64,000 nucleotides of DNA from Chitinophagales bacterium. GTDB taxonomy: Bacteria > Bacteroidota > Bacteroidia > Chitinophagales > JADIYW01. The position numbers and the translations under genes are program-made. The notes under the pieces are model-generated. The model did no database searches and had not been told where the DNA came from. It worked only from the letters and a program-made list of their open reading frames with translations. The stretch lies in assembly GCA_046329865.1 (NCBI GenBank), contig JAXLTW010000004.1, positions 91,533 to 155,532 on the forward strand, read 5' to 3'. Positions 56,254-64,000 of the stretch are shown here, in pieces; position 1 is the first letter of the stretch; each line of letters begins with the position of its first letter.

Positions 56254-57892
56254 ATAATCTGTTATGATAGTAATACAATAGTTTTAAATCTTCACTGGTA
56301 ATGTTACCTGCCTTGTTGTGCATAATCGGCAGGTTGGCATGGTAGATGCAAACGTTGTTGATACCCAGCTCTATGATTTCCTCCAGTTCTTTTGTCGTCA
56401 TGTGTGGCGCCAGTTTAATCATGTTTTTATTATTCAGCATATAGAGTTCATCAATCACTCTTTTTACGGATGTCTTAAATTCATCCCAGCTGATTTCCCT
56501 GTCCTCGTCGGAGGTGCGCAGCAGCGTAAACAAATCCGGGTAGTCCAGCTGTTTTTTCAATAGTTCAAATGCGACGAATGCAACAACATGTGAAGCGTAA
56601 ACGACATTATTTCTGAAAAAGCCTTCAATTATTTTATCACCCAGCATTTGTGTGTAAATTGTCTCGCGCTGATCATCTGCTTTTAGCTGTCCTTTGTTGA
56701 CGAAATAATTTCTGATTTCCAGTTTGTGTCCGGTTTTGTCCAGACTGTTGCCATCATTATCGACAGCATTACCAAAAATATCCATTGGTTCGCTTAGGGA
56801 AAGTGTGATATCCGTTGATTTGGAAAATGTTTCCCAGAAAAACTTCCAGATGGCTTTCCCGGTAGTTTGCGTATTATCGTAAACAAGATACTGTTCTTTA
56901 CCGGTGCGTTTCAGCTGTTCTTCTATCAAAGAAGAAGCTTCCAAAACAAAATGATAACTGATGGTGAGCGGAACAATAAATATTTTTGGAGCGAGATTCG
57001 CAGGATTTTTTTCATAGTGGATACGTTGTGCTTCCACAACTGTACCGAGTAGTCCGAGTTTTAAATCTGTTTCGATGTTACCGGCTCTGGAGCGGGTGCC
57101 ACCCGGAAAAAAAATGGTATGCGCACCGGCCAGAACATTTGTCTTGGAAAACGACTTTAAGGTTTCGAGATAAATGGGGTTCTTTTTCCTCCTGTCTAAT
57201 TTATAAGCACCTAAATTACCCATGAACACACTGAAGAATTTAGAATTAAAGAGATTTAATCCGGCACCGTACTGAAAAGCCGGCATGCCGATATAGTCCA
57301 TTCCAAAGCCTATGATAACTGAATCCAGATTGCTGAAATGCGTAGGCACTAAAATAACGGTGCCTTTGGTTGCGAGTGTACGCAGTTTCTCCACCGGGCC
57401 GGAAACAACCAGTTTGTCTTTCAGTTTTTCTTCCGGGTTAAAAAGGCCTTTAAAACCACCGAAATGAGCATTGAACAAACGCGCAAAAAATCGACGCAGA
57501 ATCTGCCGAGCAAACCAGAATAAATTGGGAATGAAATTTCCTATGATTTCGTTGGCATACCGCGACATGATATCCTGCAGCATTTCCTGATGCTGTTCCC
57601 TGGATATATCTTCATCAGTATGTGCCGGATCTGCTTTTAGCAGTCGTTTTTTTATACTGCCCCAAAATTCACGGTCATCTTCAGGGTCTACTTCCCATGG
57701 GTCGTTTTTTATCCGTATATGTTCGAGGTAGAGCGTCTTTTGCAACTGGTTGCGCAATGCCTGAAGCGTTGGGTTGGCTTTATTGAATTCTAATACCGCT
57801 TCTGAAATAGTTTCCTGTAATATTTTATCCCTTTTTTTGGCTATCAGGTTGATTGGCCAGTCTTTTATTTTGGGAATTACTGATTCGAGCAT
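56225..57892 (-). CDS. Glycerolipid acyltransferase (PlsC/PlsB-like, HX4D motif)
   Basis: PTHFSNLDS (HX4D) and FFPGGTRSR. The 3' end overlaps gpsA by 29 nt. Confidence 0.75.
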   Translation of the reverse strand: MLESVIPKIKDWPINLIAKKRDKILQETISEAVLEFNKANPTLQALRNQLQKTLYLEHIRIKNDPWEVDPEDDREFWGSIKKRLLKADPAHTDEDISREQHQEMLQDIMSRYANEIIGNFIPNLFWFARQILRRFFARLFNAHFGGFKGLFNPEEKLKDKLVVSGPVEKLRTLATKGTVILVPTHFSNLDSVIIGFGMDYIGMPAFQYGAGLNLFNSKFFSVFMGNLGAYKLDRRKKNPIYLETLKSFSKTNVLAGAHTIFFPGGTRSRAGNIETDLKLGLLGTVVEAQRIHYEKNPANLAPKIFIVPLTISYHFVLEASSLIEEQLKRTGKEQYLVYDNTQTTGKAIWKFFWETFSKSTDITLSLSEPMDIFGNAVDNDGNSLDKTGHKLEIRNYFVNKGQLKADDQRETIYTQMLGDKIIEGFFRNNVVYASHVVAFVAFELLKKQLDYPDLFTLLRTSDEDREISWDEFKTSVKRVIDELYMLNNKNMIKLAPHMTTKELEEIIELGINNVCIYHANLPIMHNKAGNITSEDLKLLYYYHNRLFGYGLEKHI

Positions 57893-57997
57893 AGCTGTTT
57901 AATCCACTTGTAAGTAAGTAAAAATAGGGATTAAATCATAAAAATCTATGTTTTTTGTTTAAATGAACTTTTATACATTGCAGCAGTTATAAAAATC

Positions 57998-58654
57998 ATG
58001 CATTTTTCCCCCGAAATAAAATATAATATCGATGAACTGGAGCGGATTATTTCCAGAGGGGAAGGTGTGCAGCTGGATTTCAAACAAGCCATTACCAGTC
58101 AACGTAAGATAGCACGGACACTTGCTGCATTCGCCAACAACAGAGGCGGGAAGTTACTGATAGGAGTGAAGGATAACGGCATGTTGATGGGCTGCGATAC
58201 GGAAGAGGAAATGGATATGATTCATGAAGCGGCCGAACATTTTTGCGAGCCACCGGTAGATGTGGTCTTTTCGATATATGAAACGGATGATTCGCTCACC
58301 ATATTAGAGGTAGATGTCAATAATAGTTTAAGAAAACCACATTTCGCCCAGGACGATCATGGCAAATGGCAGCTGTATATGAGAAGCAGTGACAAAACAA
58401 TGCTGGCATCTAAAAATACACAGCGGATGCTGGAAGTGGAAGATGGAGAGGAGGTGGACACTACATCTCTGGATTCTAAAGAACGGTTTATACTGGATTA
58501 TCTGAAAATCAGACAGACCATTACCGCTAAAATACTGGCACAGCAACTGAACATTTCACTCCAGCGGGCAAATATGATGCTGGTTAAACTGACTAAGCTC
58601 GGATTAATTCTGTATAACAAGGATGAACGCGGAGCATATTATTTATTACGATAA
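57998..58654 (+). CDS. AlbA_2 (Schlafen-like) DNA-binding domain protein with C-terminal winged HTH
   Basis: GEGVQLDFKQAI...LAAFANNRGGKLLIGVKDNG, followed by a C-terminal HTH-like ITAKILAQQLNISLQRANMMLVKL. Confidence 0.6.
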   Translation: MHFSPEIKYNIDELERIISRGEGVQLDFKQAITSQRKIARTLAAFANNRGGKLLIGVKDNGMLMGCDTEEEMDMIHEAAEHFCEPPVDVVFSIYETDDSLTILEVDVNNSLRKPHFAQDDHGKWQLYMRSSDKTMLASKNTQRMLEVEDGEEVDTTSLDSKERFILDYLKIRQTITAKILAQQLNISLQRANMMLVKLTKLGLILYNKDERGAYYLLR

Positions 58655-58675
58655 TTCAGTATCCTTACTCATGGG

Positions 58676-61600
58676 TTACTGTTCCTTTGTAGTAAATGAA
58701 ATATTTTTATTAAAAAGCTCGTCAAATCTTTCTTTTGACTTTATTTTATCTTCTATCAGATTTATCGATTTGATGGACGAAGTGTCAACAGGTGCTTCTT
58801 TAGGTTTTTTGTCTTTTTTGTTTTTAGGACGGAATAATTCTTTTAAGCTGTCAAAATCTTTCTGGAAGGAAATCGCACCACCGGTTCTCACCCTGTCCTG
58901 GTTGATGATGTCAGTAGTATAATTGGTGGTCCTGGCATAGGTTTTCAGACGTATTCTTCCATCCGGAGTCACCAGGTATTCCAGTAGAAAGTCACCGGCA
59001 ATCCCTGTATTATTGGTGGTTTGTCCGGTAGTTGTATTGGCAACGGTGTTATTGGCATTCCCGAAGTTGACATTACCGCCTATGGTCAGAATCAATCGGC
59101 TGCCTAGTAATTCCTGCTTATAACTGAAGCCGAAGTTTCTCGATTCTTTGGATTCCAGATCACTGAGCAGCAAATCGATGGATGCGCCTTTTATCACTTG
59201 TGATAAACCCTGAGACAATAGTTTGGAAATCTGGCTGGTCAGCAATTGTGTAACGGTATTGGAATATGCCTGAAATTTTTGGTCGGAAGCAGAACCTAAC
59301 GGCCAGAATGAACTGAATAACAACAAGGTTCCGGCTTGTTTATCCACCTCCGCGTCATTTTTGGAAATCTCGTCCAGTACACGCATCAGTTCATCGGACT
59401 GTGCAGAGGCGGAGCCTTCAGTGGGCGCGATTCTGAATCCGATTTTGGTTTTTTCCAGTGTTCCGGTAATCAGTAGGTTCAGGTCGATTGGAAACGTTCT
59501 GTTCTTGATGGTTGAATTGCTGTCAACAATATTCCGCACCGAAGCAGCTTTTACATTGTAAAGTCCTACGATATTTAATTCTGCTTTCAGCGGATCACCA
59601 TTGAAATTAATGGTACTGCCTTTGCGGACATTGAAGGTTTTATTTAAAATTCCCTGAAAATTGAAATCATATTTTCCTTCCGTAAGGTTGTATGTCCCTT
59701 CTATGTTAAGTTCTCCTTTTTTGTTCATCGTCAGGTTCAGGTTGCCTTCGCCCCGCCCGATGATTTTGTCATTTGAAGATGGATCTAGAATGATGTTAGC
59801 GACAGCATCCGGTGTTGCCGTAATATTCATGTTTAGATTCAAGCCGCTGATTTTTGACTTATAATCTATTTTTTTTATGGTATCCCTGGGGTCGACAAAC
59901 TTTACAAAACTATATCCTTTATCTGCCGCCTTATCGGAAACCGGTAAATTGAATTCCGTATTTTTCATTGTTTCCATTCTGGTTACATCTATGAACAAGT
60001 CATTAAAGAAACCGGAAATATTCACTTCTCCTTTTGCAAATACTTTTCCATAAAAATCCTGATTTTCATCATAGGTGATATTCATGAAATTAAAGCCGGC
60101 AGGCGCGCTGAAGTTGACGTTTTCCGCTTTGAAATTTTTAAATCCGGTATGCTGCAGTTTTCCGGAAACCAAAGCCGTATTGCCAAAGTTATCATATACG
60201 GTCATCTCGCCGAAATCGAATCCTTTTTGAGTGAGTTTAACTTCCTCATTCACCAACTTGAATGTGGTGCCGAGATAGCGCATTTTTAATTCAGCGGTAT
60301 CTATTATCTGTGCTTCACCCAGCAATACCGGTTTCTTTATATTTCCGGTCACCTTTACATTTCCTTTTACGAAGGCTCTTGGCACCAGAAGTTCTTTTTT
60401 GAGCAGTGCTTCCAGGAAGTTGAGGTTGACTTTTTCGATGTCGGCATTCACATCTAAGTTTTCTTTGCCGGGTACCTGCATGTCGTAAGTTCCGTCAAAT
60501 GACAACTGATAATTATCGTCTTCTATGGTGCCGCCAGCCTCCAGTATTTTTTTGCCGTTTCTGCCATAAACGCCATCCAAACCGATATATTTTACTTTGT
60601 AATCCAGTACCTGCAAATCATTTATGGTGATATCCGCGTTCGCCTGTAATTTGGTCAGGATGTTTTTCAGGTTGACGGTACCAGAAAGTTTACCGTTTCG
60701 TATCGCACCCGTTGAATCAATCAGCTGACCGATATCTGTCAAGTCTAAGTTTTCGATATTGATTTTTGCATCAGATAAGGTGTTTCGCCCGTTTTGTATG
60801 TTTATTTTCTGTTTATCCTGAATCAGCGAGAAATTTTTGGCAATGAAGATGCTGTCAATGATCACCAGCTCATTTTCCTTCTGAACGGTCCATATCTTTT
60901 TGTTCAGCATAAGTTTTGAATTCAGGATTTTAGCGGTAATGGTGTCTTTATTAAAGTCTAAAGTAGACAGTAATCGCACCGCATTATCAGCCGTGTCGCT
61001 TGAGATATTTACATGGGTTAACAATTGTTCCAATGAGCTGTTTAGTCCGAGATGGATATCGTCTATCGCTGTTTTTCCGGATTGTATTTTTTTAATTTCG
61101 CTGTTGAGCAGCAGATCTCTGTCCTGTATATCGCCTGTCAGACCGATGTGGTTAAAGGCAATGTCTTTATAATTGGCAGAGTCCATGCGGGCATTGATTT
61201 CAAACAGATTCTCTTCGGTATTTATACTGGCATTCAAATCCAGTTCGCTGATGTATTTCAGGCCGGGAACGAAGACCTTGAATAAGCCGAAGTCGGATTT
61301 TAAATTCAAACTGGCTTCTACCTGCTGCGGCTTACTGAGTTTGTAATCTCTTTCTGTCGGTTTTATCAGTTTGGAATAATTACTGAGGAAAACTTTCATG
61401 GATGGCACCAATGAAACGGGGTCAAACACACCGGTAAAATTCGCATTAAACTGATCAGAGGTGATTGTATAATTTTTGGTTGTTCCATCGTTTTGAAGGT
61501 CAATATCCACATCGGATAAAACAAGTATGTCCTTTGCGTTCTGAAGTATCAGGTTGCTGAATTTCCCTGTTCCCCTCAGATTTTCTATTTTATCGCCGAC

Positions 61601-63553
61601 AGCGTGGACTTCTCCATTGAGTGAAATCATCAGGGTGTCTTTCGTGAAATTAAGTTTCTTCAGGTCTGCATTTTTAATGCTGGTGACGAAGTCAAATTTT
61701 GGCAGCTTTTCATTAAAGTCAGCTGTACCGTTGAAATCTATCAATAAACAATTGTCATCGTAAAATGCCTTTCCCTTAAATTTTTTCCCATCCAGCAATC
61801 CATCTACCTTTATCTTGTCAAATACAAATCCGTTGAGGTAGAAATTTCGGATGGTACCGGTAAGTCTGGTGTTCAGGTCTTTTGCATTAAATCCATTTCC
61901 ATTGGCATTCAGGTCTACATCCGCTGTGCCAAATAATTTATGATTGCCGGTTAGTTCGGCTATATTGATTTTTGTTGCTATGATATTGCCCGAATAATTA
62001 GGCGCCTTTCCTTTAGGAAAACTCATTCTGACATCTGTGGTGATGCTGCCTAAGTTGGTCGTTGACAGATTGCCGCGGGCAACAAAATCATTGATGAATC
62101 CAAAATAGGAGCCTTTGAAATTGATGATACCCGCATTTTTCAGCTGTTCGGGGATTTTGACGTAGGGGAGGAATGTTTTTAAATCATTCGTAGATGTTGT
62201 AATGTTATTGGCTTTTATATCAAATAAGGTCTGATTTACAGCAGGCAATCCCTTTATATTTCCGCTTATGTTGACCACCGTATTTTTGCCGGCTTTCAGG
62301 AACAGCTCATCTACCCGCAGGTTCGCTAATTTCCCTTTTATATATCCGTGCATATCGACGGAAGGAGGAATATATTTCAGAAATTTGGGGGCGAAAACTC
62401 CCACATCTTTGGCTTTTGCAAACACTTCTTTTAAATCGGCTTTCAGGATGACCTTGTTTTGAAAATCACTGAAAGATCGCCACTCATCTAAGAACTGTAT
62501 GGAAAGATTCCCTTTAATTTTGGAATCATTGAATGCAATGTCCGCGTTGTCCAGATAAATGCCGCCATTATCCAGCAATGCGATACCTTCCAGTTTTTTT
62601 ACAGTTGCATTACTGTCAGCCAATGCCTGCAAACGTTTCATATCGACATGCATACCTGTAGAATCCCAGCGATAGTTCCTGAAATCCAGTTGAATGTCAT
62701 GAATATTCATCCGGCTAATCAGGAATGTTCCGGCTTTCTGGTCTTTATGATGGAAATCCATGGAATGGGTGCCATTCGCAATGGTCAGTTTATCTACCGA
62801 AATGTTGAGCTTTTTCCCTAGTCCCTGAACATCAAAACCTTTGCTGGGTTTGCCGCTTGATTTTTTTTCCTTTTCATTGTATTGTGTCAGCTTAAAGTAA
62901 GGGTCTGTCAATTCAATTTGGTTCGCGTCTATCTTTAGATGGTTAATATTCAATTCTCTTACATCAATGAATACTTTTGAAAACTGTATGTCGAATCGTT
63001 TGTCCTTAAAATGGTCATCCAGAATAATCTTTCCGTTTGTCAGGATTAATTTATTCAGTTTTAATTCTAACGGAGAGGAGCTTGTCGTTGTATCGGTCGG
63101 TTTTTTGTTTTTGGAAGCTAATTTTGACAGGATAAAATGATAGTTGTAGAGGCTGTCATCAAACCCGCGATATCCGTTGAGCCTCAATCCATCCATACTG
63201 ACATTGTCAACATATATTTTTTTATCCCGCAAACTAGTGATTTGTTCCAGCAGGTTTCTTCCCAGCATCAGATCGGCTCCCAACGTCTTAACATACAAAA
63301 GGGTATCGTTTTTATCTTTTTGGGAAGACAAGTACACCCCATGTATATCCAGTGTTCTGATAAAATGAATACTGACGGAGTCTACTTTTACGGTACTGCC
63401 TAATTCTTTTGACAAATATTCGCTTACTTTGTGGACCAGATAAGTTTGTACTTTCGGCTGTTGGATCAAATAAAAGGTGGAAACGAATAAAAGGAGCAAT
63501 ATCAGTACAATGACTAACAGCGTTCGAAAGGTATATTTAAAGAATTTTTTCAA
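58676..63553 (-). CDS. tamB: Translocation and assembly module protein TamB (DUF490 family)
   Basis: The 1625-aa product has an N-terminal TM anchor, a long beta-rich repetitive body, and a C-terminal region typical of TamB (GGNVNFG...GDFLLEY). Confidence 0.8.
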   Translation of the reverse strand: MKKFFKYTFRTLLVIVLILLLLFVSTFYLIQQPKVQTYLVHKVSEYLSKELGSTVKVDSVSIHFIRTLDIHGVYLSSQKDKNDTLLYVKTLGADLMLGRNLLEQITSLRDKKIYVDNVSMDGLRLNGYRGFDDSLYNYHFILSKLASKNKKPTDTTTSSSPLELKLNKLILTNGKIILDDHFKDKRFDIQFSKVFIDVRELNINHLKIDANQIELTDPYFKLTQYNEKEKKSSGKPSKGFDVQGLGKKLNISVDKLTIANGTHSMDFHHKDQKAGTFLISRMNIHDIQLDFRNYRWDSTGMHVDMKRLQALADSNATVKKLEGIALLDNGGIYLDNADIAFNDSKIKGNLSIQFLDEWRSFSDFQNKVILKADLKEVFAKAKDVGVFAPKFLKYIPPSVDMHGYIKGKLANLRVDELFLKAGKNTVVNISGNIKGLPAVNQTLFDIKANNITTSTNDLKTFLPYVKIPEQLKNAGIINFKGSYFGFINDFVARGNLSTTNLGSITTDVRMSFPKGKAPNYSGNIIATKINIAELTGNHKLFGTADVDLNANGNGFNAKDLNTRLTGTIRNFYLNGFVFDKIKVDGLLDGKKFKGKAFYDDNCLLIDFNGTADFNEKLPKFDFVTSIKNADLKKLNFTKDTLMISLNGEVHAVGDKIENLRGTGKFSNLILQNAKDILVLSDVDIDLQNDGTTKNYTITSDQFNANFTGVFDPVSLVPSMKVFLSNYSKLIKPTERDYKLSKPQQVEASLNLKSDFGLFKVFVPGLKYISELDLNASINTEENLFEINARMDSANYKDIAFNHIGLTGDIQDRDLLLNSEIKKIQSGKTAIDDIHLGLNSSLEQLLTHVNISSDTADNAVRLLSTLDFNKDTITAKILNSKLMLNKKIWTVQKENELVIIDSIFIAKNFSLIQDKQKINIQNGRNTLSDAKINIENLDLTDIGQLIDSTGAIRNGKLSGTVNLKNILTKLQANADITINDLQVLDYKVKYIGLDGVYGRNGKKILEAGGTIEDDNYQLSFDGTYDMQVPGKENLDVNADIEKVNLNFLEALLKKELLVPRAFVKGNVKVTGNIKKPVLLGEAQIIDTAELKMRYLGTTFKLVNEEVKLTQKGFDFGEMTVYDNFGNTALVSGKLQHTGFKNFKAENVNFSAPAGFNFMNITYDENQDFYGKVFAKGEVNISGFFNDLFIDVTRMETMKNTEFNLPVSDKAADKGYSFVKFVDPRDTIKKIDYKSKISGLNLNMNITATPDAVANIILDPSSNDKIIGRGEGNLNLTMNKKGELNIEGTYNLTEGKYDFNFQGILNKTFNVRKGSTINFNGDPLKAELNIVGLYNVKAASVRNIVDSNSTIKNRTFPIDLNLLITGTLEKTKIGFRIAPTEGSASAQSDELMRVLDEISKNDAEVDKQAGTLLLFSSFWPLGSASDQKFQAYSNTVTQLLTSQISKLLSQGLSQVIKGASIDLLLSDLESKESRNFGFSYKQELLGSRLILTIGGNVNFGNANNTVANTTTGQTTNNTGIAGDFLLEYLVTPDGRIRLKTYARTTNYTTDIINQDRVRTGGAISFQKDFDSLKELFRPKNKKDKKPKEAPVDTSSIKSINLIEDKIKSKERFDELFNKNISFTTKEQ

Positions 63554-63598
63554 CAGCTATCTAAAAGTGACAAAATTACGAGAATTTAAGCAATAATT

Positions 63599-64000
63599 AT
63601 GCCCGATATAGTCATATTAGCGATAGAGTCTTCCTGTGATGATACATCCGCTGCCGTATGTATAAACGGTGATGTTGTTTCCAATCTGACAGCGAGCCAG
63701 AAAATACACGAACAATATGGTGGTGTGGTTCCAGAACTTGCCAGCCGTGAACATGCAAAGAATATTATACCGGTGGTGGCTGAAGCGATTAAAAAAGCCG
63801 GTATCGATAAAAAGGACATTTCAGCTGTGGCTTTTACCCGCGGTCCCGGATTAATGGGCTCTTTGCTGGTGGGAGGTATTTTTGCCAAATCATTTGCACA
63901 GTCCTTAAGTATACCTTTGATAGATGTCCATCACATGCAGGCGCATGTCCTCGCACATTTCATTGATGCACCCAGGCCCTCATTTCCTTTTTTATGTCTT
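63599..64000 (+). CDS. tsaD: tRNA N6-adenosine threonylcarbamoyltransferase TsaD (5' part, continues beyond the window)
   Basis: Manual translation from the ATG at 63599 gives MPDIVILAIESSCDDTSAAVCINGDVVSNLTASQKIHEQYGGVVPELASREH. This ORF is absent from the ORF track because it is open at the window edge. Confidence 0.85.
   Translation, partial: MPDIVILAIESSCDDTSAAVCINGDVVSNLTASQKIHEQYGGVVPELASREHAKNIIPVVAEAIKKAGIDKKDISAVAFTRGPGLMGSLLVGGIFAKSFAQSLSIPLIDVHHMQAHVLAHFIDAPRPSFPFLCL

Noticed and set aside
63586-63888. 100-aa minus-strand ORF at the right edge
   Set aside because: It is antisense to the clear TsaD N-terminus (MPDIVILAIESSCDDTSAAV...) encoded on the + strand from 63599.

Overview
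This is a Bacteroidota-like chromosomal window. Supporting signs are T9SS C-terminal sorting domains, TonB-dependent receptors with CarboxypepD_reg-type N-termini, TAnnTTTG promoter motifs and a 46-nt type II CRISPR repeat.

The left 11.2 kb is a type II-C CRISPR-Cas locus:
- A 31-repeat array, read on the + strand.
- cas2.
- A 1.7-kb interruption made of three hairpins, an intact IS3-family element with a 4-bp target duplication, and 109-bp tandem repeats.
- cas1.
- A very long (1755 aa) but catalytically intact cas9.
- A divergent tracrRNA with its own promoter motif and terminator.

Unusual properties of the locus:
- cas9, the tracrRNA and the repeat are much more AT-rich than cas1, cas2 and the flanking genes.
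- The array contains a 917-bp tandem duplication of 12 units whose junction lies inside spacers.
- Both ends of the array are degenerate, and there is no obvious leader.

Other notable regions:
- A roughly 6-kb AT-rich integrative island in tRNA-Val (23163-29181). It has an integrase, an excisionase, arm-like repeats and secreted or lipoprotein cargo.
- A tightly coupled five-gene operon (31707-36011): RDD/zinc-ribbon protein, asparaginase-like protein, ATP-cone/PD-(D/E)xK nuclease-like protein, AMP-phosphorylase-type thymidine phosphorylase homologue and PRPP-synthetase-like protein. I cannot assign it to any named system.
- An M13 peptidase gene disrupted by clustered indels.

The remainder looks like ordinary housekeeping and envelope genes: parC, rnr, gpsA, tamB, tsaD, TonB receptors, glycoside hydrolases and T9SS cargo.

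All calls come from reading the sequence and the ORF translations. No database search was possible.
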